A DNA stretch of 64,000 nt from Chlamydiales bacterium. GTDB lineage: Bacteria > Chlamydiota > Chlamydiia > Chlamydiales > JAAZZY01. The notes below the pieces were generated by a model, which saw nothing but the letters and a program-made list of their open reading frames with translations, did no database searches and was not told the DNA's origin. This document shows, one piece after another, positions 21,769 through 33,012 of this stretch (position 1 is the first letter of the stretch; every line of letters begins with the position of its first letter). The stretch lies in NCBI GenBank assembly GCA_965206695.1, contig CBDBKM010000001.1, positions 32,001 through 96,000 on the forward strand, given 5' to 3'. A program made the position numbers and the translations under genes.

Positions 21769-23223
21769 ATGCAAATGACACAGGCAGATATTGGATTAAT
21801 TGGATTAGCAGTAATGGGGCAAAACCTTGTTTTGAACATGGATGATCATGGTTATACAGTAGCGGTTTACAATCGGACCTATTCAATAGTACAGGATTTT
21901 TTGAGTGGCCCCGGAAAGGAAACACAGGTCATTGGAACGAGCTCTTTGAATGAGTTTTTAGGTAAACTCAAGCGTCCTCGTAAGATTATGCTGATGGTTA
22001 AAGCCGGTGAGGTGGTGGATAATATCATTGATCAATTACTGCCTTCTTTAGAACAAGGTGATGTGGTCATTGATGGTGGCAATAGCAACTATCAAGATAG
22101 TAATCGTAGATATAGCCGTTTAAAAGAAAGGGGAATATTTTTCATAGGAGCGGGTGTTTCCGGTGGAGAAGAAGGAGCCAGGCACGGACCTTCTATCATG
22201 CCCGGAGGAAATTCCCAAGCTTGGCCGTTAGTAAAATCTATTTTTCAAGATATCTCTGCAAAAGTGGATTCAGAACCTTGTTGCGATTGGTTAGGAGAGG
22301 CAGGTTCCGGACACTTTGTCAAAATGGTTCATAATGGAATTGAGTATGGTGATATGCAATTGATTTCTGAGGCTTATCATATACTTGAACAAGGACTGGG
22401 GATAGAGGCTACTGAACTGGCAGATATTTTCACCAATTGGGATAAAGGGGAATTAAATAGTTATTTGATAGAAATCTCCGGCAAGATCTTTTCTTTTAAA
22501 GACAAAAACGGGAGTTATTTAGTTAATAAAATCTTGGATGTAGCCGGACAAAAAGGGACGGGAAAATGGACAAGTATCAATGCTTTAGATTTTGGTATCC
22601 CATTAACTTTGATAAGTGAAGCTGTTTTTGCGCGATTTCTGTCATCGATGAAAGATGAAAGAGAGCAAGCGAGCAAATACTTAGGCGAAAACAAAGGGAA
22701 GTTCCAAGGAGATAAGCAAGGTTTCATCGAATCGGTCAAACAGGCGCTTTTTGCTTCAAAAATTATCAGTTATGCTCAAGGTTTTATGTTATTACGTCAA
22801 GCTTCCACAGATTTTTCCTGGGATCTGAATTACGGTGCTATTGCTTTAATTTGGAGAGGGGGATGTATTATTAGAAGTGGATTTTTAAGGGAAATTAAAA
22901 AAGCTTTTGATCAAGATTCAAATCTTTCCAATCTTTTATTAGATGATTTTTTCAAAGAGGTTATTCAAAAGGCTGATGCGGGATGGCGACAAGTTGTTAT
23001 GACAGCCTTTGAACTTCAAATACCTGCTCCTTGTATGGCATCATCATTAGCTTTTTATGATGGATATCGTAGTGCTAGACTTCCCCATAATTTATTGCAG
23101 GCTCAAAGAGATTTTTTTGGAGCCCATACTTACGAAAGAGTAGATAAGCCACGAGGGGAATTTTTTCATACAAATTGGACAGGTGAAGGAGGGGACGTTA
23201 GTTCGACTCAATATAATGCTTAA
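21769..23223 (+). CDS. gnd: 6-phosphogluconate dehydrogenase (NADP)
   Basis: GLAVMG, GHFVKMVHNGIEYGDMQ, QAQRDFFGAHT. Confidence 0.97.
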   Translation: MQMTQADIGLIGLAVMGQNLVLNMDDHGYTVAVYNRTYSIVQDFLSGPGKETQVIGTSSLNEFLGKLKRPRKIMLMVKAGEVVDNIIDQLLPSLEQGDVVIDGGNSNYQDSNRRYSRLKERGIFFIGAGVSGGEEGARHGPSIMPGGNSQAWPLVKSIFQDISAKVDSEPCCDWLGEAGSGHFVKMVHNGIEYGDMQLISEAYHILEQGLGIEATELADIFTNWDKGELNSYLIEISGKIFSFKDKNGSYLVNKILDVAGQKGTGKWTSINALDFGIPLTLISEAVFARFLSSMKDEREQASKYLGENKGKFQGDKQGFIESVKQALFASKIISYAQGFMLLRQASTDFSWDLNYGAIALIWRGGCIIRSGFLREIKKAFDQDSNLSNLLLDDFFKEVIQKADAGWRQVVMTAFELQIPAPCMASSLAFYDGYRSARLPHNLLQAQRDFFGAHTYERVDKPRGEFFHTNWTGEGGDVSSTQYNA

Positions 23224-23303
23224 TAATTTAATGACTCTCTTTCTTGCAACAATTCTTCTAAACCTTTAACATTTATCCTTTTTAAATTGAATATTTTAAC
23301 TAT

Positions 23304-25112
23304 ATGCAACCTCATGATTTAACCGGCATTCGAAATTTCTCTATTATCGCTCACATAGATCATGGGAAATCTACCATAGCAGACCGTTTACTTGAGCTTA
23401 CTAAAACTGTGGCAGAGCGAGATATGCAAGAGCAGCTATTAGATAATATGGATTTAGAGCGGGAAAGAGGAATAACAATTAAAGCTCATCCTGTAACGAT
23501 GAACTACACAGCCAATGATGGAACTATATATCAAATTAATTTTATTGATACTCCCGGTCATGTTGATTTTTCCTATGAGGTTTCTCGCTCTCTTTCAGCA
23601 TGTGAGGGGGCTCTACTTGTTGTAGATGCAGCGCAAGGAGTCCAAGCACAAACCCTTGCGAATGTTTTTTTAGCTTTAGAGCATAATTTAGAAATTGTCC
23701 CTATTTTAAATAAAATAGACTTACCGGCAGCAAATATTCCTGAGGCAAAGAGGCAAATTGAAGAAGTTATTGGTATCGATACTTCAAATGCTGTTGAATG
23801 TTCGGCCAAAACCGGAGTTGGAATTGAGGGTATTTTAGAGGCTATAATTGCATTGGTACCCCCTCCTAAAAATTTTGGTGATGAAACGGTTAAAGCCTTA
23901 GTATTTGATTCTCACTACGATCCTTATAGGGGCATAATGATTTATATTCGTGTTATGAGTGGTGAGTTAAAGAAAGGAGATTCTATCCTCATGATGGTAA
24001 CAGGCAAGAAATTTGATATCTTGGAAGTTGGTATTTTTGCACCGCAAGAGACACCTGTAGCTCAATTACATAGTGGGGAAGTTGGTTATATTGTAGCAGG
24101 TATAAAGAATTCTAAAGACGTTAAAGTCGGAGACACGGTCACATTGCAAAAAAAACCGGCAGATAAGCCATTGGAAGGTTTTAAAGAGATTGCGCCTGTT
24201 GTGTTTGCCGGTATCTATACTATCGATACTTCTGATTTCGAATCTTTAAGGGATGCCCTATCAAAGTTGCAGTTAAATGATTCGGCTCTTCATGTCGAAC
24301 AAGAAAGTTCTCAAGCTTTGGGTTTTGGTTTCCGTTGTGGATTTTTGGGATTACTTCATTTAGAAATTATTTCTGAACGTATACAACGCGAGTTTGATAT
24401 TGATATCATTATAACAGCTCCGAGTGTTGTTTATAAATTTATCTTAAATGATGGTGTTAAAAAAGAAATTGATAATGCTGTTCATTATCCGGATCCTACC
24501 TTTATCCAAGAGATTGAAGAGCCTTGGGTCAAATGCCATATAATGGTACCCACTGACTTTCTTGGCGGTATTATGAGTCTGGGCAAAGCAAAGCGTGGTG
24601 AATTGATAAAAACAGAAACGATTGATCGGAAACGCTTATTTCTAACTTATCGCTTTCCTTTAAATGAAGTGATAACCGATTTTAACGATAAACTTAAGTC
24701 CGTTACTCGTGGTTATGGTTCTTTTGATTATGAAGTTGATAAGTATGAGAGAAGTGACATCATCAAATTAGAAATTAAAGTTAATGAAGAGCCTGTTGAT
24801 GCTTTTTCTTGCTTGGTTCATCGAACCAAAGCGGAAGCTAGAGGTAGAGCTATTTGTCAAAAGCTGAAAGAAGTTATTCCCAGACAAATGTTTAAGGTTC
24901 CTATTCAAGCTGCAATAAGCGGAAAAATTGTAGCTAGAGAGACCTTGGCAGCTCTGGCGAAGAACGTAACGGCTAAATGTTATGGTGGTGATATTTCCCG
25001 AAAACGTAAATTATGGGAAAAGCAAAAAAAGGGTAAAAAGAAGATGAAGGAGATAGGGAAAGTTAATATCCCTCAGAGTGCTTTTATGGATGTTTTAAAG
25101 ACTGATATTTGA
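23304..25112 (+). CDS. lepA: Elongation factor 4
   Basis: [29 protein letters not shown]. Confidence 0.98.
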   Translation: MQPHDLTGIRNFSIIAHIDHGKSTIADRLLELTKTVAERDMQEQLLDNMDLERERGITIKAHPVTMNYTANDGTIYQINFIDTPGHVDFSYEVSRSLSACEGALLVVDAAQGVQAQTLANVFLALEHNLEIVPILNKIDLPAANIPEAKRQIEEVIGIDTSNAVECSAKTGVGIEGILEAIIALVPPPKNFGDETVKALVFDSHYDPYRGIMIYIRVMSGELKKGDSILMMVTGKKFDILEVGIFAPQETPVAQLHSGEVGYIVAGIKNSKDVKVGDTVTLQKKPADKPLEGFKEIAPVVFAGIYTIDTSDFESLRDALSKLQLNDSALHVEQESSQALGFGFRCGFLGLLHLEIISERIQREFDIDIIITAPSVVYKFILNDGVKKEIDNAVHYPDPTFIQEIEEPWVKCHIMVPTDFLGGIMSLGKAKRGELIKTETIDRKRLFLTYRFPLNEVITDFNDKLKSVTRGYGSFDYEVDKYERSDIIKLEIKVNEEPVDAFSCLVHRTKAEARGRAICQKLKEVIPRQMFKVPIQAAISGKIVARETLAALAKNVTAKCYGGDISRKRKLWEKQKKGKKKMKEIGKVNIPQSAFMDVLKTDI

Positions 25113-25199
25113 TTGATTGTGACAGCTCTTAAAAAAAACCTAAAGGACGGGATTTTTCATTCAATGACCATTGCTAACAAGTGTTAGTCTAATACGATC

Positions 25200-25800
25200 T
25201 CTAAAGGCTTAATTACCGTCTGCCCTTCATCTATATTATAGGCTGCGTTAACATCTCTGTCATGCAAAGTATAACATTTAGAACATTTCTAAGATCTTAT
25301 ATCGCAATTTAACTTGCCTACATTGTGATTGCATATGGAGCATCGTTGTGTACCGGGAAAATTCTGAGATAGTTCGATTATGTTTCTTTCGTACCAATCA
25401 CATGTATACTTTAAAAATATTAACAATTGATGCCATCCTGCATCTGAATATACCTGTCGCATATCTTTTATTTGTTAACATACTTTTGATATCTACACCT
25501 TCATATTATGATTGCTTGGTTTTCACGAATCAATTGTGTAGAAAGGTTCTGATAAGAGTCGTTTCTTATATTTTTAAAATGAATCTTAGCGACTTTGATT
25601 CTTCTTTTGTTGCTGTTTTTGCCGGTAGATTTAAATTTACTTAAACATTTGTGATTTAACTTTTTACCGTTGGATGTTGTTACACAACTTTCCGAGTCCA
25701 TATCTATTTCAATAGAATGATTACGTTGCTTAAGTTGAATAGGTGGCTCTTCCGGAAGAATGCCGGTAAAATATTTTTCGTATATATCTTTAGTAGTTAT
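25200..25800 (-). pseudogene. tnpB: Degenerate TnpB (RuvC and Zn-finger part)
   Basis: IEIDM, LSTQLIRENQAIII, DAGWHQLLIFLKY, TQRCSICNH...CSKC..HDRDVNAAYNI across frameshifts and a stop. Confidence 0.88.
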
Positions 25801-25892
25801 TCTTCCTGAAGAAATTCCAATAAACCTCCTCGATCCACATATTTTTAATGGTGTTTTAGACTGTGCAATATTAAAGGCATCTTTTAAGTTTA

Positions 25893-26000
25893 AAATCTCG
25901 ATTGCTTACATTATGGACAAGATCGTATTATGTTGATAGCGTGGGAAAACTAAATGAATATACACTTAGGAAGTATATCCAAAATCAAAAAACAAACTAA
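25893..26000 (+). pseudogene. tnpA: 3' end of Y1 (HUH) transposase TnpA
   Basis: KSRLLTLWTRSYYVDSVG...RKYIQNQ* includes the catalytic YxxxQ helix. Confidence 0.85.
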
Positions 26001-26065
26001 ATGCTTTCATCTCAATGCTAGAGCAAAGGGTTTTCTCGCTTAATTGTCATAAATAAGGGGAAAAG

Positions 26066-27082
26066 ATGAAAAAAAAGACAGTTTTAATCACAGGCATACT
26101 AGGGCAAGATGGTCCTTATCTGGCAAAACTGTTATTGGAAAAAGGCTACCGAGTTTATGGAATGGTAAGAAGATATTCTTGTCCTAATTATTCGAATCCG
26201 GATTTCTTAAATATTACCAATGAGATTGAGTATGTCGAAGGGGATTTGACTGATGAAGCATCTCTTTTAAATCTTATTAAGGGATTACAGCCTGATGAAG
26301 TTTATAATTTAGCCGCTCAGTCTTTTGTTGGAGCTTCTTTTGATCAAGCTAAATTAACAACCGAAGTCAACGCAATCGGTGTTCTTCATCTTTTGAACGC
26401 TATTAAATATTTTTCTCCTACCAGTAGATTTTATCAAGCATCTACTAGTGAGATGTTCGGTCTCGGTAATACTAATGGTATTCAAGATGAGTCTACCGAA
26501 TTTTATCCTAGAAGCCCTTATGCTATTTCCAAGCTATATGCTTACTGGATGACAGTGAATTATCGTGAGGCTTACAATCTATACACTTGTAATGGTATTC
26601 TATTTAATCATGAATCTCCTATACGAGGCATTCAATTTGTTACTCGTAAAATCACTGATGGAGTGGCAAAAATAAAGCTGGGTCTTGAAAATAAAATCAG
26701 ATTAGGTAATCTAAAAGCTCGTCGAGATTGGGGACATGCAGGGGATTTTGTTATTGCGATGCATCAGATGTTGCAGCACGCAAATCCATCTGATTATGTG
26801 ATAGCAACAGGTGTTAGTCACAGTGTTGAAGATTTTGTACGTCTAGCTTTCCAACATGTTGGTATCGATAATTGGAAGGACTATATTACTTTAGATCCCA
26901 GATTCAATAGACCTACAGAAGTTCCTGATTTAAGAGGCCGGCCGGGCAAGGCTAAAAAGATGTTGGGCTGGGAACCGAAAATTACTTTCGAAGAACTTGT
27001 ACAGGTTATGGTAGAAGAAGATTTAAAAAGGCTGGAAAAGAAACATTCTTTGAAGGTGAAATTATCTCCTTCATTAGTTTAA
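26066..27082 (+). CDS. gmd: GDP-mannose 4,6-dehydratase
   Basis: LITGILGQDGPYLA, YQASTSEMFG, PRSPYAISK, FNHESP, RDWGHA. Confidence 0.95.
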   Translation: MKKKTVLITGILGQDGPYLAKLLLEKGYRVYGMVRRYSCPNYSNPDFLNITNEIEYVEGDLTDEASLLNLIKGLQPDEVYNLAAQSFVGASFDQAKLTTEVNAIGVLHLLNAIKYFSPTSRFYQASTSEMFGLGNTNGIQDESTEFYPRSPYAISKLYAYWMTVNYREAYNLYTCNGILFNHESPIRGIQFVTRKITDGVAKIKLGLENKIRLGNLKARRDWGHAGDFVIAMHQMLQHANPSDYVIATGVSHSVEDFVRLAFQHVGIDNWKDYITLDPRFNRPTEVPDLRGRPGKAKKMLGWEPKITFEELVQVMVEEDLKRLEKKHSLKVKLSPSLV

Positions 27083-27790
27083 GGGTATAATACGTGTACT
27101 TTTACGATGAGGAAGTTCTAATTGATCTTCGATTTCGCTCAGTTCTACTTTTTTTACAGGAAACTTTTTAGAGATGGTTTCAATGATTTTTGAGAAGAAA
27201 AATGCTTTATCGGGAAAATGATTCTTTAAATGCACAAGGAACTCTTCATGATTCCGATCCCTACGGTATTGAGGCCTTTTTTCCGGAAGAAGTAGGTATT
27301 CCATTTTTTTAGGACAGAAGTCCCATAAAAAACTCGTATGATGTAGCCAGCGATCTTTTCGAATATATTGAGCATTTCCTGCGAATTTCTTCTCTCCTAA
27401 TACATAATCGTTTTCTTTAAGATTAAAGTCAGGATGCTGCAAAGCGATTTGATATAAAGATTGTGTCCATCTAAGAATTGGTTCAGGAAAAAGAGGAATA
27501 TTTATTAATTCCTTATTTGCAATGAAGGTGATGAACAAAGTATCTTTATCAACAAAAACAGTTCCTCCTCCGCTAAAACGCTTAATTACGGGCATACGAT
27601 CTTTTTTCACTAAGGATAGATTCAAAAGCTTATCCGGGGCGCCGGAGATGCCCATAATAATGGCTTCATCTTGTCCTTCGTTTAAAATACACCAGTTTCG
27701 CATATCTGTACGTAACAAAGCCTCTTCAATTTGCAATTGTCTATATATGGGAACGGATTTCAATTTAAGAAGATGTAGTGTTTTCATCAA
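27074..27790 (-). CDS. lplA: Lipoate-protein ligase A family
   Basis: KRFSGGGTV, KFAGNAQ, HHTSFLWD. Confidence 0.85.
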   Translation of the reverse strand: MMKTLHLLKLKSVPIYRQLQIEEALLRTDMRNWCILNEGQDEAIIMGISGAPDKLLNLSLVKKDRMPVIKRFSGGGTVFVDKDTLFITFIANKELINIPLFPEPILRWTQSLYQIALQHPDFNLKENDYVLGEKKFAGNAQYIRKDRWLHHTSFLWDFCPKKMEYLLLPEKRPQYRRDRNHEEFLVHLKNHFPDKAFFFSKIIETISKKFPVKKVELSEIEDQLELPHRKSTRIIPLN

Positions 27791-27913
27791 AAAGTTTTAT
27801 TTAAGTGATTTAGCTTATTATAGAATAAATAAGCTCTATAAGTCAAATATCATTTAATTCTAGATTCTAAATATTTAGTTTTTTAAATTGTTTTTCGTTA
27901 TTTAACTAACATA

Positions 27914-28590
27914 AGACTTCTGCACAACTGATTCATGATAATGATTTTTTAAAAATTCATTGATTGGCAACCTATTCGATGCTTACTAAAAAGCATACAT
28001 AAAAATGAACTTAACCCTCAAAGTGGCCTTGCCGGGTTTAAGTCGATATTATTGGGTCACCCGGCACAGCTTAAGCGATCCTGCTTTAGAAGAAGCCTTA
28101 AGAGTCCGTTTGGACTTTATGTGGTTCACAGGTTTTGAGATAGAAGATGATACGCCGGATGAAACAACCGTATGCCGCTTTAAGAATAACATCATTCATA
28201 AAAGGCTTCATGAGCGCTTATTTCGCGAAATTAACCGGCAATTAGAAAAGCATGGGATTAAAGTTAAAGAAGCTGAAGGGGCTCTTCTTGATACAACCAT
28301 AGTAACTTCAGCAGCATGCCCGAAAAAAACGGTCGAACCTGATCATGCCGTTAAGCAATCGGCGGATCCGGATGCCTCTTGGGTTAAAAAAGGGAAGCAA
28401 AGCTATTTCGGTTATTAGGGGTTATTTTGTTTCCGATAACCGAGAAGGTTTTATTCATCATATACACGTCAGACCGGCGAATGCATCTGAGGTGACCCAA
28501 TTGCCACAGATCATAGGTTATACTCACGGTAAACGTTTACTGACCGATAAGGGTTTCTCATCATCAGAATAACCGCTCTCATTTAAAAAC
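27914..28590 (+). mobile_element. IS5-family (IS1106-like) remnant
   Basis: SLSDPALEEAL, PDETTVCRF, LDTTIV, DPDASW, YFGY, LLTDKG; IR-like AGACTTCTGCAC at 27914; frameshifted. Confidence 0.8.
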
Positions 28591-29103
28591 TCATGGTATT
28601 CTAGTTTAAAAAATTTAAAATCTATCAGAGATCCGGGGTTAAATTTTGTTACGGGTTTACGTAAAAATAGAAAAGTTAATCGCAATGTAAGTTTGAAAGA
28701 TTTGGATATTCCGGATGAAGGGCTAAACATTCACTTACGAGGATATGGTTTTGTTACGGCCTTCAAGTTTCCGGCTAAAAATGGTCGCATTGATTACATG
28801 ATCACTAATTATAGAAGGATCCGCTCGTCATGATATTAAAAAAATCATGAAAATTCGTTGGAAAATTAAAGTTTATCATAGGGAACTGAAGCAGACTTGC
28901 GGTCTTGAGCGCCGGCAGTCTCGTAACGCACGAGCGCAACGAAACCCTATTTTTCTATTTATGCTTGGTTAAACAAATGGCAACGAAGAATAAAAGATAA
29001 GGTATCTTTTTACCGGCAAGATTGGGAAATTATAAAAACGGCAATCACTTTAAATAGGAAGCATATCTTGGCTAATGCTTAATAGCTTTGCGCGAAACTC
29101 CTG
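28591..29103 (+). mobile_element. IS701-family 3' fragment
   Basis: SWYSSLKNLK...YHRELKQTCG closely matches 56368-57339; ends in IR GCGAAACTCCTG. Confidence 0.85.
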
Positions 29104-29264
29104 TAAATAATCGAAGAAGTTCGTGTCCTTTATAAAGGGTTATTTTTCTTCAATTTTTTTAACCTTTTTTATACAGATTTAAAAGACCGAATTTGATCGA
29201 ATTTATGGTAATTATGCGTTGCGGGAATTAAATCTTCTAAACGTATCATCTCTATTTGCTGCAT
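29104..29264 (-). pseudogene. IS5/IS1182-like transposase 5' stub
   Basis: AAGGAG then MQQIEMIRLEDLIPATHNY...; cut at the IS701 IR. Confidence 0.6.
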
Positions 29265-29783
29265 CGTACTCTCCTTATTAAAAAAACGCTGATACACATT
29301 AAACTATTCCGGAAGATTTAACCGGATTACAACACGCTTATTAGTTTGCAATTCAAGATATAACTAACTGATTTTCATAGACCTATACACGTATAATCAA
29401 TCATAGTTAAATTGATATCATTTAACTAATACAGTAACAATAGTTAACTAAATATTACTGATAATGTATTAATTTTAAAAATTGACTCGTGTCGAATATC
29501 TATTGCTTTTGATGCTTACAAGATTTAATTTAAGTAAAAGTAAAGAGGTCGAAAGGGGCCTTAAAGTTTGTAAAAGGAAAATAATAAAGGATTTTTGTTG
29601 AATATAAATGAATATGTTTGATAAATTTTTCGATTTCAAAAACCAAAGAATTGATCAAGTTAAATGCTTGTATCCATGTCAATGGTTGCATCAATAAATA
29701 TTAAAATTCCTGATGGATCTTAATTTGTTTCGATTCGGGTGTAATAAGTAAATATTACCATTTACTTCAAAAAAATTAAGGAA

Positions 29784-30449
29784 GTGACAATGAAGCCAAA
29801 ATTAATGGGTAGAAAGCGTGGAATGACCCAGGTATTTGATGATAAAGGGCGAGTTATCGCTTGTACGGTGATTCATGCTGAACCAAATGTTATTGCACAG
29901 ATTAAAATTAAAGAAGTGGATGGGTATTTGGCTGTACAAACATCTTTTGAAACGATAACGACAAAAGATCCCAGAACTATGGACAGAAGAATAACAAAAC
30001 CTTTAATGGGGCATTTCAAGAAAGCAAAAGTGCCTCCGAAGCGTTTTTTAACTGAAACGAGAGTTGATGCAATAGAAGAATATTCAGTTGGTCAAGAATT
30101 CACGGTAGCTCAGTTTGAGGAAGGACAGTTAATTGATGTTCAAGCTATTTCAAAAGGAAAGGGATATCAAGGACTGATGAAAAAAAATAATTTTAAAGGC
30201 GGCCCGGGCGCTCATGGATCCGGCTTTCATCGGCATGCAGGTTCGACGGGCATGCGTTCTACGCCGGGTCTTTGCTTTAAAGGAAGCCCGCGCCCGGGTC
30301 AGATGGGAGCAAAGGCGGTAACAACACAGAATGTAACGATAGTGAAGATTGAAAAAGATAAAAATCTTATTTTGGTCAGAGGGTCAATTCCCGGGTACAA
30401 CGGCTGTAAAGTATGTCTGTGGGAAGCAAAAAAGAAAATCAAAAGTTAG
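29784..30449 (+). CDS. rplC: 50S ribosomal protein L3
   Basis: KRGMTQVF, SKGKGYQG, HGSGFHR. Confidence 0.97.
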   Translation: MTMKPKLMGRKRGMTQVFDDKGRVIACTVIHAEPNVIAQIKIKEVDGYLAVQTSFETITTKDPRTMDRRITKPLMGHFKKAKVPPKRFLTETRVDAIEEYSVGQEFTVAQFEEGQLIDVQAISKGKGYQGLMKKNNFKGGPGAHGSGFHRHAGSTGMRSTPGLCFKGSPRPGQMGAKAVTTQNVTIVKIEKDKNLILVRGSIPGYNGCKVCLWEAKKKIKS

Positions 30450-30482
30450 TATCAGTCTTTATTGATCTAGGAGAAAAGACAA

Positions 30483-31172
30483 GTGGTGAAGGTGAAAAAG
30501 TATAACTTGAAAGGCGAAGATTGCGGAGAGGTTGATGTTAATGCTGATTGGTTGGATGAACCATTACATGAACAGCTCATTAAAGATTATGTCGTCGCAA
30601 TTAGAAAAAACAAAAGACAATGGTCAGCTTCGACAAGAGGACGATCAGAGGTTAATCATGCTAACACAAAGCCGCATAAGCAAAAGGGCACCGGTCGAGC
30701 AAGACAGGGAACGTTAGCTGCCCCTCAATATAAAGGAGGAGGAGTTGTATTCGGTCCGAAGCCTAAATTTGATCAGCATGTTCGTATCAACAGAAAAGAA
30801 CGACAAAAGGCAATCAGGGGTTTATTAGCAGATAAATTACGAAATGAAAAAATCCTTGTAATAGATACTTTTGAAATGGAAAGGCCTAAAACAAAGTTAA
30901 TATCTAGTTTTTTAAGTTCAAGAGGGATCGAGAAGCGACCTCTGTTTCTATGTGAGGCCGAATTAAGTGTTGATGACAAACAGAAAAAGTCGACGAAAAA
31001 TAGCGCAGCAATAAAGAACTATACATATTTGAGAAAAAGTCTTCGGAATATTCCTGAAGCGATTTTTTGCTTAGCACCCAATATCAATGGGTACAATGTC
31101 ATGTTGGCTGATAGTATTGTCATTACTGAATTAGGTTTGAATCAACTTATGGAGCAAATGAAGAATGGATAA
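30483..31172 (+). CDS. rplD: 50S ribosomal protein L4
   Basis: QKGTGRARQG, GGGVVFGPKP. Confidence 0.97.
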   Translation: MVKVKKYNLKGEDCGEVDVNADWLDEPLHEQLIKDYVVAIRKNKRQWSASTRGRSEVNHANTKPHKQKGTGRARQGTLAAPQYKGGGVVFGPKPKFDQHVRINRKERQKAIRGLLADKLRNEKILVIDTFEMERPKTKLISSFLSSRGIEKRPLFLCEAELSVDDKQKKSTKNSAAIKNYTYLRKSLRNIPEAIFCLAPNINGYNVMLADSIVITELGLNQLMEQMKNG

Positions 31173-31515
31173 GCAAAATAGAAGAAAAAACCCTTTTGGT
31201 CTGATTCATTCGCAGTATATTACTGAAAAATCGATGGTTTTGCAAGGTTTAGAGACAGCAGGTTCCAATAAATCTCTTTTTCGATGCAACAAACCTAAAT
31301 ATGTTTTTTTAGTAGATAAAGAGGCGAACAAGCAAGAGATTGCGGGAGCTATTGAGAAGATCTATGAAAATCAAAAAATTAAAGTAATAAAAGTTAATAC
31401 AATTAATGCCAAGCCAAAGTTTAAGCGAACAAGGGGCCGTTCTTCATATGGAAGAAAGCCCGGTTTTAAAAAAGCTATAGTAACCTTGGAACCGGGTGAT
31501 CGCATTGAAGCATAA
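31165..31515 (+). CDS. rplW: 50S ribosomal protein L23
   Basis: YITEKS, KKAIVTL; operon position. Confidence 0.95.
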   Translation: MDKQNRRKNPFGLIHSQYITEKSMVLQGLETAGSNKSLFRCNKPKYVFLVDKEANKQEIAGAIEKIYENQKIKVIKVNTINAKPKFKRTRGRSSYGRKPGFKKAIVTLEPGDRIEA

Positions 31516-31538
31516 TTGTGAAGGAGTTGAATATACAA

Positions 31539-32384
31539 ATGGTTAAAAACTATCGCCCTGTAACTCCGGGTCAAAGACAGTTAGTCTTACCGAGTAACGA
31601 TGAATTGACTAGAGCTAAGAAAGGAAAAAAAGCCCTTATAAGACCTAATAAGTCATTATTAATCGCAAAAAAAAGAACGAGTGGTCGTGACAATAATGGA
31701 CATATCACATGTAGACATCGTGGTGGTGGCCATAAACGATTTTACAGATTAGTAGATTTTAAAAGAGATAAAGAAAATGTACCGGCTAAAGTAGCGTCAA
31801 TTGAATATGACCCTAACCGTTCTGCACACATCGCGCTTTTGAATTATGTTGATGGTGAAAAGCGTTACATTATTGCCCCACAAGACCTTAAAGTCGGCGA
31901 TACCGTATCAACTCATGTGGGAACACCTTATAATATAGGTTGCTGCATGAAAATTAAGAGTATGCCTTTGGGTTCAGTTATACATAACATTGAGATGTAT
32001 CCCGGAAGAGGAGGGCAATTAGTTCGATCAGCCGGGCTTTCTGCTCAATATATGGCTTTAGCAAACGGTTATGCAACTATTAAAATGCCATCAGGTGAAG
32101 TAAGGTTGGTTAACGAAAATTGCAAGGCTACTTTTGGAACTGTTTCTAACTCTGAATATTTCCTGAGAGTTGAAGGTAAAGCAGGTAGAAACCGTTGGAA
32201 GGGTTTTAGGCCGACTGTTCGTGGTACAGCGATGAATCCTGTTGATCACCCACATGGAGGTGGCGAAGGTAGACATAATGGTTATATTCCTCAATCTCCT
32301 TGGGCAAAGGAAACTAAAGGAATGAGGACGAGATCAAAGCAAAAAAGCAATAAAATGATTATTAAAGATCGCAGGAAGAAATAA
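31539..32384 (+). CDS. rplB: 50S ribosomal protein L2
   Basis: [25 protein letters not shown] 31539 after AAGGAG. Confidence 0.97.
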   Translation: MVKNYRPVTPGQRQLVLPSNDELTRAKKGKKALIRPNKSLLIAKKRTSGRDNNGHITCRHRGGGHKRFYRLVDFKRDKENVPAKVASIEYDPNRSAHIALLNYVDGEKRYIIAPQDLKVGDTVSTHVGTPYNIGCCMKIKSMPLGSVIHNIEMYPGRGGQLVRSAGLSAQYMALANGYATIKMPSGEVRLVNENCKATFGTVSNSEYFLRVEGKAGRNRWKGFRPTVRGTAMNPVDHPHGGGEGRHNGYIPQSPWAKETKGMRTRSKQKSNKMIIKDRRKK

Positions 32385-32393
32385 GGAAACATC

Positions 32394-32657
32394 ATGGGTA
32401 GGTCATTAAAAAAAGGTCCATTTGTTGATCATCATTTACTAGATAAAGTAAGGGTGCAAAATGCATCGGGCTTAAAAAAAGTAATTAAGACTTGGTCCCG
32501 ACGGTCAATGATTATTCCGGAAATGGTTGGACATACGCTTGAAGTTCACAATGGACATAAGTTTCTTTCAGTGTTTATATCTGAAAATATGGTTGGGCAT
32601 AAATTAGGAGAATTTTCTCCAACTCGAGTATTTAAAGGCCATCCACAGAACAAGTAA
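32394..32657 (+). CDS. rpsS: 30S ribosomal protein S19
   Basis: [19 protein letters not shown]. Confidence 0.97.
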   Translation: MGRSLKKGPFVDHHLLDKVRVQNASGLKKVIKTWSRRSMIIPEMVGHTLEVHNGHKFLSVFISENMVGHKLGEFSPTRVFKGHPQNK

Positions 32658-32669
32658 AGAGTAATTAAT

Positions 32670-33008
32670 ATGCAACACGGAAAAGCAATATCAAAATATC
32701 TGAGAATTAGTCCGACAAAAGCTCGACTAGCTGCCGGATTAATAAGAGGATTGTCTGTTGAAGAAGCTAAAGCTCAGCTTGGTTTCAGTAACTTAAAAGC
32801 AGGCTTGATGATGAAGAAAACTTTGAATAGTGCAGTGGCAAATGCAGAAAATCTATTTGATTGCAAAAGAGAGAATTTGAGAGTCATTGAAGTTAAAGTT
32901 GATGAAGGACCACGATTAAAGCGTGCAAAGGCAAGGAATAAGGGTGGGCGATCGCCCATACTTAAACGAATGAGTCATTTTACTATTATTGTCGGCAGTG
33001 AGGAGTAA
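32670..33008 (+). CDS. rplV: 50S ribosomal protein L22
   Basis: RISPTKARL, SAVANA, VDEGP. Confidence 0.97.
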   Translation: MQHGKAISKYLRISPTKARLAAGLIRGLSVEEAKAQLGFSNLKAGLMMKKTLNSAVANAENLFDCKRENLRVIEVKVDEGPRLKRAKARNKGGRSPILKRMSHFTIIVGSEE

Positions 33009-33012
33009 TTGA

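Larger units (their letters stand above)
25119..26048 (-). mobile_element. Collapsed IS605-type element (divergent tnpA/tnpB, central deletion)
   Basis: Left end after TTTAT at 26048, shared with the copy at 44128; right end AATCCCGTCCTTTAGG...TCAC ending at 25119; tnpA and tnpB remnants inside. Confidence 0.8.

Noticed and set aside
25348..25644. 98-aa plus-strand ORF
   Set aside because: Antisense to the tnpB remnant
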